From NCBI GenBank assembly GCA_965262915.1, contig OZ253564.1, positions 2,560,001-2,624,000 of the forward strand: a DNA stretch of 64,000 nucleotides, in the 5' to 3' direction. A program made the translations under genes and the position numbers. The DNA is from Candidatus Spongiisociaceae bacterium (lineage in GTDB: Bacteria; Actinomycetota; Acidimicrobiia; Spongiisociales; Spongiisociaceae). The notes below the pieces were generated by a model. It was not told where the DNA came from and made no database searches. It was given only the letters and a program-made list of their open reading frames with translations. Positions 38,220 to 47,669 of the stretch are shown in pieces. Each line of letters opens with the position of its first letter. Positions within the stretch are counted from its first letter, which is position 1.

Positions 38220-38300
38220 GATCGGATGGCCGATCGGGTGGTCTCAACGCGCGGAGCAGGCCCCGGATCGGGCTCCGGGGCCTGCTCTCGGTCGGCTGTG

Positions 38301-39665
38301 CTACAGAGGCTTCATGATCCAGGCGACCAGGTCCTCTCGGGCCTGGAGCTTGGCGAACCACTCCTTCTCGACCTCGAAGACACGCCAGTCGGAATCCGCC
38401 GCGACGGTTCCCGCCTCCACCGCGTTCCTGTGCGAGTTGGCGATCGACAGGTCCATGTTGGTGGGTGAACCGTCGGCGAAGTAGTGGTCCCAAGCGTCCT
38501 GGAACCGTACGTAGTCCTCGATGTTGAAGAGCTCGGCCTTGAGGGTCTCGTCGTCCACCAGGACGCCGCCGGCTCGCCTCACCGCCTCGTGCATCGGGGG
38601 AAGCACATCTTCGGTGCGGTTGTGCAGGTATCGGGTGGTCCGGTACCAGATCGCCAGCAAGCGCAGCGCCGTCTCCTCGTTCTCCGCCAGCCACTGCTCG
38701 GTGGAGGCGTAGGTGCTGTACCACAGACCGGTCGCTCCGAACGCCTGGAACGGGGCGGCCGAGGTGAACTTGTCTCTCAGGTCCGGGGCGGTGAGCATCC
38801 GGTGCATCTGGATGCTGTCACCCATGTGGTAGTCACCCTCGCCGGCGATGAACGAGGTGGACGCCACGTTGATGTCGGCGAAGCCGATGATCTCGACATC
38901 GTCGAGCGTGAGTCCGCCCTGCTCGAGTAGCGCCTTGAGGGTCGGGATGCTGCCCGGATCCCAGATGGCGAAGCTCCTGCCTGCCAGCGCCGCGGAGAAT
39001 TCCTGGTTGGCCACTGCGAGGTCTCCACCGGCGTCCACGAAGAAATCTAGCCAAGGCTTATGGACCGCCGCGCCGGTGGCGGGGTCCTTGCGGCCGATGA
39101 TCTGGAAACCTCTCCACTGGTAGGAGGTGATCCAGTTCCGGAACTCCGGAATGCTCTCGTACACACCGAAGCCGCAGGCCGGGCAGGAGGCGATGACATC
39201 GAACGCGCCCCGCTTCAGCGCGGCGGTCGGGAAGAACCCCTGGCTCGAGATGTCCAGCTCGATGTTGAGTTCATCGGCGATGCCCAATGCCTTGGAGGCA
39301 GCCCACAGGTTGAACGGGTAGAAGGGCCCGCCGTTGATCCGCACCGTGACAAGCGGCGCGTCCGGGATCATCGGCCCCATATCCGGTTCCTCCTGCTCCA
39401 CCACTACCACTACCTCTTGCGGCGCGGCCGGCGCTGCTGTTGTTGTGGGCGCGGCCGTGGTGGTGGGCGCTGCTGTTGTTGTGGGCGCGGCCGTGGTGGT
39501 GGGCGCTGCTGTTGTTGTGGGCGCGGCCGTGGTGGTGGGCGCTGCTGTAGTGGTCGGCGCAGCCGTGGTGGCTGCCGGCTCCTCTGTGCCGCCGCACGCT
39601 AGCGCGACCAAGGCCAGTACCGCCAGGATCGCCGTCAAGCGCCATCTCGCTCGTAAGTTTCTCAC
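38301..39665 (-). CDS. ABC substrate-binding lipoprotein (NitT/TauT-like) with (TTAAPT)n linker
   Basis: Lipobox ALAC, GLTLDDVEII; follows two NitT/TauT permeases. Confidence 0.75.
   Translation of the reverse strand: MRNLRARWRLTAILAVLALVALACGGTEEPAATTAAPTTTAAPTTTAAPTTTAAPTTTAAPTTTAAPTTTAAPTTTAAPAAPQEVVVVVEQEEPDMGPMIPDAPLVTVRINGGPFYPFNLWAASKALGIADELNIELDISSQGFFPTAALKRGAFDVIASCPACGFGVYESIPEFRNWITSYQWRGFQIIGRKDPATGAAVHKPWLDFFVDAGGDLAVANQEFSAALAGRSFAIWDPGSIPTLKALLEQGGLTLDDVEIIGFADINVASTSFIAGEGDYHMGDSIQMHRMLTAPDLRDKFTSAAPFQAFGATGLWYSTYASTEQWLAENEETALRLLAIWYRTTRYLHNRTEDVLPPMHEAVRRAGGVLVDDETLKAELFNIEDYVRFQDAWDHYFADGSPTNMDLSIANSHRNAVEAGTVAADSDWRVFEVEKEWFAKLQAREDLVAWIMKPL
39433..39570. repeat. Coding tandem repeat, 18-bp units forming a 36-bp higher-order repeat
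   Basis: GCTGCTGTTGTTGTGGGCGCGGCCGTGGTGGTGGGC x3 plus a degenerate copy. Confidence 0.85.
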
Positions 39666-39746
39666 TTTGTCCTCCCCTTTCTCAGGGTCCCTATGGCTTG
39701 TGTCGGAGGTAGTTACATTTCATCGGTCGCGTTCACATCGCTGGGA

Positions 39747-40607
39747 TCAATTACCGAGCATGCTACCGACCAGTCCCCGCTCGGTGCGTGGGCTCCAGCG
39801 AGTTACTTTCGCCGCGATCAAGCGAACGGTCTGGTCGAAGACGATCGCCATCGTGCAGAATACGAATATGATCATGAGCATTCCCGCCGGGTCGAGATAC
39901 TGGTTCCGGACCAACAAGATGAAGCCCAGACCGGTTCGGGAACCGCCGATGAGTTCTACGGCCGCATCGAGCCCCCATGCAGAGGCTGCGGCCAGGCGGA
40001 GGAACCCGACCAGATGGGGGATGATCGCCGGCACTACCACCGTCCGGTAGATGTGAAACCGGCTCGCTCCTGTGGTGAGTGAAGCCTGGATGTAGATGTG
40101 GGGGACGTTGCGTATCGCTTCCAGGGTCACAAGGGTCCACAAGAGGAACATGGCTAAGGCTACCAGCGTCACCTGGGGCCCGTATCCGACTCCGAACCAA
40201 AGTATGGAGAACGGTATCAGCGCGAACAGCGGAATGGGGCGGACCAGGTTGTCAAGGGTTGCCTCGAAGAAGCGACGGATGAAAGAGCTGTAGCCGAAGA
40301 TGATGCCGGTGGCCAGCCCGGTGACGCTACCCAACGCCATCCCCAACAACACCATTCGCAGCGAGGCCCATGTAGCGGCCGGGAGCAGGTCGATGATTTC
40401 GATGAACGATCTGACGACAGCTTCCGGTTTCGGAAGCTTGGAAGGATCGACGAGGCCGCGGGTCACCGCGTACCAGACCAGCAGGGCAATGAACGGGACC
40501 ACGGATGCATCGGCAAGACGGCGTCCCGGTCCGGTGTCGGCAACCCGAACGCTGATCCGGCTTCTCTCCGCTCGGGTCGGGGGCCGTGAGAGGCGTGGTA
40601 GAGCCAT
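39747..40607 (-). CDS. ABC transporter permease (NitT/TauT/SsuC-like)
   Basis: LPKPEAV, RPIPLFALIP..LWFG, TTGASR, GLGF. Confidence 0.88.
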   Translation of the reverse strand: MALPRLSRPPTRAERSRISVRVADTGPGRRLADASVVPFIALLVWYAVTRGLVDPSKLPKPEAVVRSFIEIIDLLPAATWASLRMVLLGMALGSVTGLATGIIFGYSSFIRRFFEATLDNLVRPIPLFALIPFSILWFGVGYGPQVTLVALAMFLLWTLVTLEAIRNVPHIYIQASLTTGASRFHIYRTVVVPAIIPHLVGFLRLAAASAWGLDAAVELIGGSRTGLGFILLVRNQYLDPAGMLMIIFVFCTMAIVFDQTVRLIAAKVTRWSPRTERGLVGSMLGN

Positions 40608-40612
40608 CTTCG

Positions 40613-41521
40613 TCAATTCCCCAGCATGTGCCCGACAAGGCCCCGGCGGGCCCTGGGGCTCCACCTCGTCAGGCGACCTGCCGCGAACCGCACCAACTGA
40701 TCGAAAACTACCGCCAGAGAGCAGAAAATGAACACGATGAGCGCCGCGGAAGCTGTGTCCAGGTAGTAGTTGACGCGGCTGATCAGGATGTAGCCAAGCC
40801 CTTGCTGGCTGCCCGCCAACTCGGCGGCAACAAGGAGTCCCCAGGCATAGGCTGCTCCTAACCGGACGGATGCGATGAGATGCGGAGTGATCGCCGGTAT
40901 GACGACGGTTCGGTAGATACGGAACGCATCTGCCCCGGCGGTCAGAGCGGCCTTGACGTAGATCTGAGGGACATTCCGTACGGCCTCCAGCGTGGTCAGG
41001 CTGAGCAGTAGGAATATGCCTATGGCCACCAGTACTACCAAACGCACCGTCTCGACCCTGAACCAGAGAATGAACAGCCAGAGAAACGCGATGAACGGAG
41101 CGGGGCGCACAAGATTGTCGAGGGTGGCCTCGAAGTATCTCCTGACGGTACGGCTATAGCCGAGGAGGAGGCCGGCCGAGATGCCCGAGATACCCCCGAT
41201 CGCCAAGCCGAGCAATACGGTCCGCAGCGAGATTCGCAGGGCGCTCGGAAGAACATCGGAGAGTTCGATCGCACTTCGTAGAATGGCCTCGGGCGGAGGT
41301 AGGTACACGGGGTCGATCCGCACATGACCCGGACTTCCCTCGGTGAAGAACAGGCGGATGGATGCGGGCAGGGTTGCCGGGTCGAGTTGCGTTTCCCTTG
41401 TGAGCACGAACCAGATGATCGCCAGAATCACCGGTACTACCGCGGCTTGGGCGATCAGCAGGGACTGCTTCTCGAGTCGTGCCTGACGGACGAGGGTTGG
41501 CCGACCGGTGCCTCTGTCCAT
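40613..41521 (-). CDS. ABC transporter permease (NitT/TauT/SsuC-like), paralog of the adjacent gene
   Basis: LPPPEAI, FEATLDNLVRP shared with the neighbour, AELAG..GLGY. Confidence 0.88.
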   Translation of the reverse strand: MDRGTGRPTLVRQARLEKQSLLIAQAAVVPVILAIIWFVLTRETQLDPATLPASIRLFFTEGSPGHVRIDPVYLPPPEAILRSAIELSDVLPSALRISLRTVLLGLAIGGISGISAGLLLGYSRTVRRYFEATLDNLVRPAPFIAFLWLFILWFRVETVRLVVLVAIGIFLLLSLTTLEAVRNVPQIYVKAALTAGADAFRIYRTVVIPAITPHLIASVRLGAAYAWGLLVAAELAGSQQGLGYILISRVNYYLDTASAALIVFIFCSLAVVFDQLVRFAAGRLTRWSPRARRGLVGHMLGN

Positions 41522-41651
41522 TCAGTCCTTCTCCGACACGCCGCGGATGCTACCTACTCCCCAGCGATCCGTCACATGCTGGCCGCGTCGATCCCGATTG
41601 GGAAGTAGGATCACAAGCAGGTGGACTGATCCCGGAGGAGGAGGAAGGCCG

Positions 41652-42098
41652 ATGAGGCATCGAGTCGCTCTGGGGATCGCCCTCCTGGTGTTTACCGCGT
41701 GCAGTGGCGATCCCGGCCCGTCGACCACTACTACCACCACCACCGTTGCTCCCACATCTACCCAGGTCTCCACCACTACGCTCCCGCCGCCGACGGTGAC
41801 GGTTGCGCCCACCGAAGGACTCCCGGAGAGATATCCCCCGGAATTGGTTCCACCAGGTGTGACCTCGAGCGAGTGGGAACCGACCGGGGCGGGCACCGAT
41901 GTCTTCTTCGAAACCTCGGCGGGTTTCGAGGAGATCATCGATTTCTTCACCAATGCTCTGGAGCCACCGCTCGACGTAAGGACGGAAGAGGGAGTCGACA
42001 GGGCGATCTGGGTCTACAAGCCCGGCGTGGAACACATCGCGATCATCCTCGAGTCGGACGCGGAGGGTGTACACATCAAGGTATCCGGCCTGTTCTGA
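41652..42098 (+). CDS. Hypothetical lipoprotein with Thr-rich linker
   Basis: Lipobox VFTAC, GGAGG RBS. Confidence 0.7.
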   Translation: MRHRVALGIALLVFTACSGDPGPSTTTTTTTVAPTSTQVSTTTLPPPTVTVAPTEGLPERYPPELVPPGVTSSEWEPTGAGTDVFFETSAGFEEIIDFFTNALEPPLDVRTEEGVDRAIWVYKPGVEHIAIILESDAEGVHIKVSGLF

Positions 42099-42332
42099 TC
42101 GGTTGTGTGCCAGGTGCCAGGTGCCAGTGGCCGGTTGCCGGTTGCCGGTGGTGGTCTAGGGCGTGCTGGTTAGTTGAGTGTACGGCTTGTCGAGCACACG
42201 GTGTAAGCCAAGAAGAACTGATCGACCGGCATACGGATTCCGGTTCTTCCGCCTACGAGCAAAGCTGCCCGAGGGACTCGGCAACAGCGCCGGTCTCGCA
42301 CCGACCACCGCCAACTGACAACTGGAATAGGG

Positions 42333-42416
42333 TGTCGGAGAGAGGACTCGAACCTCCACGCCCTTTAGGGCACTAGGCCCTCAACCTAGCGCGTCTACCA
42401 ATTCCGCCACTCCGAC
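42333..42416 (-). tRNA. tRNA-Leu(GAG)
   Basis: GTCGGAG acceptor stem, D-loop GGAATTGGTAGAC, anticodon arm CTAGG-TTGAGGG-CCTAG, long variable arm, GGTTCGAGTCC; CCA not encoded. Confidence 0.96.
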
Positions 42417-42534
42417 GGGCGGCACCTGAGTATAACCGGGCCCCGTAGCGAGTGGCCTGTCCGGAAGGCGGCGTTGCGGCAGCCGTGGACCGTTGAGTCG
42501 GGCCGTGGACAGACGACAGACCACAGGCCGGCAA

Positions 42535-42700
42535 TCACTAACCACTAACCAACCGGCAACCGGCACCTGGCACCTGCCACACACCTGCCACCTGCCACCC
42601 GACACCTGCCACCCGACACCTGCCACCCGACACCCGACACCCGACACCCGACACCCGACACCTGGCACCTGGCACCTGGCACCTGGCACCTGACCCCCGG
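42535..42700. repeat. Long heptamer tract (CACCTGG/CACCCGA/CACCTGC)n
   Basis: About 20 heptamer-like units; the same family occurs in opposite orientation at 42108-42150. Confidence 0.9.
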
Positions 42701-42702
42701 CA

Positions 42703-43332
42703 TCAGTCGATGCCCAACTCCGCTAGCCGATCCAGGACTCCCTGCCGCTCTGCTCCGATCGTTGTGCTGTCGCCGTGTCCCGTATGGACCATGGTCTCGT
42801 CGGGGAGGGTGAGCAGGAAGTCCCGGATGCTGCGCAGGATGGTGGGCTCGTCGCTGAAACTGCGCCCGGTCGCTCCCGGACCTCCGTTGAACAGCGTGTC
42901 TCCCGATAACACGAGACCGCTCGCCTCGTCGCGGAAGCAGCACGATCCCGGAGAGTGGCCGGGAGTGTGGATCACCCCGAGTTCGTGCCCGGCCACGTTC
43001 AAGGTAATCCCGTTTTCCAGATTCCGGTCGGGTTCGGTGTCCGAGTAGACCATGTCCCACAGCATCCGGTCGCCGGCGTGCAGCATGATCGGCGCGTCGA
43101 CTTCGTCTCGGAGCGCCACCGCCGAGTTGATGTGGTCGTTGTGACCGTGGGTGAGCACGATGGCCTCCACCCGCCGTCCGGCCACCGCCTCCACGATCGG
43201 GGCGTGGTCGTGGGCGGCGTCGAACACCAGCACCTCACGTTCGTCCCCCACCAGCCAGATGTTGTTGGTTACCTCCCACGCACCCCCGTCAAGGCGGAAG
43301 ATCCCGTCTGTCGTTACCAGTTCCAGCGGCAT
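42703..43332 (-). CDS. MBL-fold hydrolase, probable S-formylmycothiol hydrolase partner of MscR
   Basis: THGHNDH, HTPGHSPG, SGDTLF, TGHG; directly downstream of the mycothiol dehydrogenase. Confidence 0.85.
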   Translation of the reverse strand: MPLELVTTDGIFRLDGGAWEVTNNIWLVGDEREVLVFDAAHDHAPIVEAVAGRRVEAIVLTHGHNDHINSAVALRDEVDAPIMLHAGDRMLWDMVYSDTEPDRNLENGITLNVAGHELGVIHTPGHSPGSCCFRDEASGLVLSGDTLFNGGPGATGRSFSDEPTILRSIRDFLLTLPDETMVHTGHGDSTTIGAERQGVLDRLAELGID

Positions 43333-43339
43333 AGTCGGG

Positions 43340-44431
43340 TCACATGATCACGACAGAACGGAGCACCTCACCCCGTTCCATCTTGTGGAAGGCTTCCTCC
43401 ACATCCCCGAGCCCGATCGTCTCGGAGACGAACCGATCGAGATCGAGACGTCCCTGGAGGTACAGGTCGATGAGCATCGGGAAGTCCCGAGAGGGAAGGC
43501 AGTCGCCGTACCAACTCGACTTCAGAGCGCCGCCCCGACCGAACACTTCAAGGAAGGGCAGTTCGATGGTCATGTCCGGGGTGGGCACCCCGACCAGCAC
43601 GACGGTACCTGCCAGATCGCGGGCCTCGAACGCCTGGCGGTAGACGTGGGGAAGGCCGATCGCCTCAATGGCTACGTCCACACCGTTACCGCCCGTGAGG
43701 TTCTTGATCCCTTCCACGGGATCCTCGTTGCTGGAGTTGATCGTATGGGTAGCGCCGAACTCCCGGGCCCATTCGAGTTTGCGGTCGTCGATGTCCACGC
43801 CGATGATCGTGGTCGCTCCGGCCAGCTTCGATCCTACGATGGCCCCGTCGCCGACGCCGCCACAGCCGAACACGGCCACGCTGTCGCCTCGACCCACTCC
43901 CCCGGTGTTGACCGCCGCGCCGATCCCGGCCATGACCCCGCAACCCAGCAGACCGGCCACCGCCGCGGACGCCGCCGGATCTACCTTCGTACACTGCCCG
44001 GCAGCCACGAGGGTTGCCTCGGCGAAAGCGCCGATTCCCAGAGCGGCCGACAGTTCGGTGCCGTCCTCGAGGGTCATCTTCTGGGAGGCGTTGTGGGTGC
44101 TGAAGCAGATGTTGGGCCTGCCCTTGAGGCACGAGCGGCACTGGCCGCACACGGCTCTCCAGTTGAGGATGACGAAGTCACCGGGAGCCACCTCGGTCAC
44201 ACTCGGACCTACCTCTTCCACCACACCTGCCGCCTCATGGCCGAGGAAGAAGGGGTAGTCGTTGCTTATTCCCCCTTCCCGGTAGTGGAGGTCCGTGTGA
44301 CAGACTCCACAGGCCTGGATCGCCACAACCGCTTCACCCGGTCCGGGATCCGGGATGACGATGTTTTCCATCGTGACGGGCTCGCCCACCGCCATTGACA
44401 CCACACCCTGCACGGTTCGTGGCATTTCCAT
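43340..44431 (-). CDS. mscR: S-(hydroxymethyl)mycothiol dehydrogenase
   Basis: [44 protein letters not shown]. Confidence 0.9.
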   Translation of the reverse strand: MEMPRTVQGVVSMAVGEPVTMENIVIPDPGPGEAVVAIQACGVCHTDLHYREGGISNDYPFFLGHEAAGVVEEVGPSVTEVAPGDFVILNWRAVCGQCRSCLKGRPNICFSTHNASQKMTLEDGTELSAALGIGAFAEATLVAAGQCTKVDPAASAAVAGLLGCGVMAGIGAAVNTGGVGRGDSVAVFGCGGVGDGAIVGSKLAGATTIIGVDIDDRKLEWAREFGATHTINSSNEDPVEGIKNLTGGNGVDVAIEAIGLPHVYRQAFEARDLAGTVVLVGVPTPDMTIELPFLEVFGRGGALKSSWYGDCLPSRDFPMLIDLYLQGRLDLDRFVSETIGLGDVEEAFHKMERGEVLRSVVIM

Positions 44432-44562
44432 CTCCTGTTGTTGCTATCAGAACCAGGGCCGCTACCGGGATCGATCCGGGCGGCCTACCGGAAGACTAGT
44501 TCAGTAGCCAGGTCGGTTGCTAGGGGAGACCACGTGTGCCCGAGCGAGGAGGTTATTTCCGA

Positions 44563-44943
44563 TCACCTCGGGCGGAGTCCTCCCCTGAGGCTGATCACCG
44601 GGTGCCTTTTGAGGGTCTGGTTGAGCGGGTCCACTTCGATGCCCAACGACTCCAGGGCGGTGGCGCCGAGCAGCGGTTCAGTATCAGCCTCGCCGAAGAC
44701 GATCGTCGCTCCGACAAATACATCCCTGAACTCGACTCGGCCGACGGTGACATCCATCGTGACATCGCTGCCGTCGGCAAGCCCGTATACCCGTTGTCCT
44801 TCGGGCCTCATACCGATCGCCTCAAGATGGGGACGGGGCACGAGGCAGTCGATGGCACCGGTATTGACGAGGAAAGTTCCTTCCCAGACCCGATCGGGTT
44901 CGGCCGGATTCCGTATCGCGGCGGTGGTGCGGATAAGTCCCAT
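44563..44943 (-). CDS. Clan AA (retropepsin-like) aspartic protease homolog
   Basis: FLVNTGA (canonical DTGA), LADG, EPLLGATALESLG. Confidence 0.8.
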   Translation of the reverse strand: MGLIRTTAAIRNPAEPDRVWEGTFLVNTGAIDCLVPRPHLEAIGMRPEGQRVYGLADGSDVTMDVTVGRVEFRDVFVGATIVFGEADTEPLLGATALESLGIEVDPLNQTLKRHPVISLRGGLRPR

Positions 44944-45063
44944 CGTGTTCTGCAGTGTATCAGTCCAGTTGTCAGTCGGTTATAATATACTAGTCATTGG
45001 TTGTTAGCGTAGTACAAACACAATTTGATACCGCCTGGGATGATCCGCGCTCGACAGGCCCGC

Positions 45064-45801
45064 TCAGCGAGTTCCCAGGAAAGCTCGCCGTACCTCGGGG
45101 TCGGCTAGAAGTTCCCGGGCGGGACCCTGGTAGCTGTTGCGGCCCATCTCCAGCACGTAGCCTCGGTGGCTGGCCTCGAGTCCCTGGCGGGCGTTCTGCT
45201 CGATCATCAGCACGGTCAGCCCGATCTCGTGATTGAGCCGGCGGATCGCCTCGAACACCTGACGGGTGATGATCGGCGCCAGGCCCGCCGATGGCTCGTC
45301 CATCAGCACGAGGCGGGGCTCGTGCATCAGGGCGCGGCCGATCTCGAGCATGCGTTGCTCCCCGCCCGACATCGTCCCGGCGGCCTGCCGGGAGCGCTCG
45401 GCGAGTCTCGGGAAAAGTCCGTACACGTAGTCGATCCGTTCACGCACCCGCGTCTTGTCGCGCTCCACGTACATGCCCAGCTCGAGGTTCTCGTACACTG
45501 TCATCTGCGGAAAGGTGCTGCGGAGCTGCGGAACCATGGCCATGCGTGCCGTACGCAAGGCGTCCTGCGGGCCGATGTTGGTGATGTCACGACCGTCGCA
45601 CAGAACTTGGCCGGATCGCACCTCCGCCAAGCCGTAGACAGCCCTGAACACGGTCGACTTGCCCGCGCCGTTGGGGCCGATTACGCAGACAATCTCTCCC
45701 TCGGCTACTTCGAGGGTCACGTGGTTGATCACATTGTGACCCGCGTAATACCCGGCGCTCACATCCAGGACCTCGAGCAGCGGGCGCCCGGCGGAACTCA
45801 C
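45064..45801 (-). CDS. livF: Branched-chain amino acid ABC ATP-binding protein
   Basis: GPNGAGKST, FPRLAER, MSGGEQRM, DEPSAGLAP. Confidence 0.9.
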   Translation of the reverse strand: MSSAGRPLLEVLDVSAGYYAGHNVINHVTLEVAEGEIVCVIGPNGAGKSTVFRAVYGLAEVRSGQVLCDGRDITNIGPQDALRTARMAMVPQLRSTFPQMTVYENLELGMYVERDKTRVRERIDYVYGLFPRLAERSRQAAGTMSGGEQRMLEIGRALMHEPRLVLMDEPSAGLAPIITRQVFEAIRRLNHEIGLTVLMIEQNARQGLEASHRGYVLEMGRNSYQGPARELLADPEVRRAFLGTR

Positions 45802-46553
45802 CCGGTTTCCTCCGGTGCGGCTCCGAAGTACGCTTCGATGACGGCCGGGTTCTGCATGATCTGGTGCGGCGTGCCCTCGGCCAGCTTGGCGCCGCGATCG
45901 AGAACCACCACCCTCTCGCACAGGTCGGCGACGAATTGGACGTTGTGCTCCACCATAAGGATGGCCACCCCCTCCCTGTTAGCCATCCTGAGGTGGTCTG
46001 CGATGCCGGCTACCAGGGTGGGATTGACGCCGGAGGTGGCCTCGTCGAGCAGGATCAGCTTCGGTTCGCTCATCAGTGCCATGCCTATCTCCAACAGACG
46101 CCTCTGGCCTCCCGACAGATTGCCGGCCCGTTCGTAGCGGAGGGGGGCGAGAAGCAGGAACTCCAGCAGCGATTCGACCCTTCGGCGAGTGGCCGGATCG
46201 GTCCGGCCGAACAGGCGCGCACCGCCGATCCGGGCCCACTGGATGCTCAACTCCATGTTCTCGGAGACCGTCAGGTCGCGATACACCCGGATCAACTGGA
46301 ACGTGCGTGCCAAGCCCAGCCGGGCCACTTCGTGGGGACGGAGCCGGGTGATGTCGGTCCCGTCGAATGTTACGGATCCGGAGTCGATGGCCGACACCCG
46401 GCTCAGGCAGTCGAACAGGGTCGTCTTGCCGCTGCCGTTGGGACCGATCAACCCGACCATCTCACCGGCGTCGACCCTTATGTCCACCCGATTCACCGCG
46501 GTCAGCCCACCGAACCGCTTCACCACGTCATGGGCTTCGAGCAAGGCGGTCAT
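45798..46553 (-). CDS. livG: Branched-chain amino acid ABC ATP-binding protein
   Basis: KRFGGLTAV, GPNGSGKTT, ARTFQ, VIEAYFG. Confidence 0.9.
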   Translation of the reverse strand: MTALLEAHDVVKRFGGLTAVNRVDIRVDAGEMVGLIGPNGSGKTTLFDCLSRVSAIDSGSVTFDGTDITRLRPHEVARLGLARTFQLIRVYRDLTVSENMELSIQWARIGGARLFGRTDPATRRRVESLLEFLLLAPLRYERAGNLSGGQRRLLEIGMALMSEPKLILLDEATSGVNPTLVAGIADHLRMANREGVAILMVEHNVQFVADLCERVVVLDRGAKLAEGTPHQIMQNPAVIEAYFGAAPEETG

Positions 46554-47626
46554 GGCTCCTTCCCCGAGTCTTCCAGCCGGCCGTTCCGACCCAGCCACCG
46601 TCTCCAGAACGCGGTGACGGATGCGCCTCGCGGGTCCACCGTTCCGACCAGGCCCCTTGGGATGAACAGCACTATGACGATCAGGAGCGCTCCCTGTGCG
46701 ATCAGGTGGTAGTCGAGAAGGTGAGCCCACAGGAGCTCGCGCAGCCAGAACAGCGCCACCATTCCTACCACGGGTCCGGCCACAGTGCCGAGGCCGCCGA
46801 GCATGGTTCCCATGACCGCGTCGACAGTACGTATCTCCACGAAGGCGATGTCCGGATCGACGAACGTGTTCTGGTATGCCCAGAGTCCCCCGAACAGTCC
46901 GGTGGAGAAGCCGGCGAAGCTGAACACGGTGACCTTGAGGCGCGTCGTGTCGATCCCGCGCATCTCCGCCCCGATCTCGTCCTCGCGTATCGCCACGAGA
47001 GCAGCGCCGAAGCGAGTGCCGCGCAGCCACCAGGTGAACCCCACCAGCCCGGCCACGAGCACCAACTCGATGTAGTAGAAGAGTGGCCGGTTGAGGTAGG
47101 GAGGCAGGGTCAGGCCCACCCCGCCTCCGGTTAGCCCACCCGATACCCGCACTATCCCCCGCACCGCCACGAAGGTTCCCAGCATGGCGATCGAGAAGTA
47201 GGGACCCTTGAGGCGCATGGTGGCCCTGCCGATGGCTGCGGCCAGGGCGCCGGCCACCAGGGCGCCTATCAGGATGGCGGGCGGGGCCGGCAATCCGACC
47301 TGCGGGCCGTTGGTCTGCAGCGACACCAGGATCGCCGTGGTGTACGCCCCGATCCCGAACCAGGCGGCGTGGCCGAAGTCCACGTAACCGGTGAACCCGC
47401 CGGTGAGGTTCCAGTTCACCGCGATGGCGACCGATGTCAGCATCAGGGTGAGGGTGAACAGCGTCGCGTCCCGGACGGCGGGCAGCAGTGGCAGGACCGC
47501 GAACAACCCGAGCAGTCCGATCGATACGCCGGGAAGCATCCGCCGGAGGCGAGAGTTACCCGGGCGGGTCGTCGGCGGGCGTTTGCGGGCTGGGGTTCGG
47601 TCCATCAGGTCGCTCTCCCGGGCCAT
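46550..47626 (-). CDS. livM: Branched-chain amino acid ABC permease
   Basis: NLTGGFTG..FGHAAWFGIGAY, RLKGPYFSI, AIREDE, LGGLGT. Confidence 0.9.
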   Translation of the reverse strand: MARESDLMDRTPARKRPPTTRPGNSRLRRMLPGVSIGLLGLFAVLPLLPAVRDATLFTLTLMLTSVAIAVNWNLTGGFTGYVDFGHAAWFGIGAYTTAILVSLQTNGPQVGLPAPPAILIGALVAGALAAAIGRATMRLKGPYFSIAMLGTFVAVRGIVRVSGGLTGGGVGLTLPPYLNRPLFYYIELVLVAGLVGFTWWLRGTRFGAALVAIREDEIGAEMRGIDTTRLKVTVFSFAGFSTGLFGGLWAYQNTFVDPDIAFVEIRTVDAVMGTMLGGLGTVAGPVVGMVALFWLRELLWAHLLDYHLIAQGALLIVIVLFIPRGLVGTVDPRGASVTAFWRRWLGRNGRLEDSGKEP

Positions 47627-47669
47627 GCGAAATCGACCATCGACGGGAACGCTCGAAAGAGCCTGGGAT

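Noticed and set aside
42333-42416. tRNA-anchored integrative island
   Set aside because: No integrase and no duplicated tRNA 3' end seen in the window.
42381-42693. ORFs with RCQVPG/PTPDT repeats
   Set aside because: Translations of the heptamer tract.
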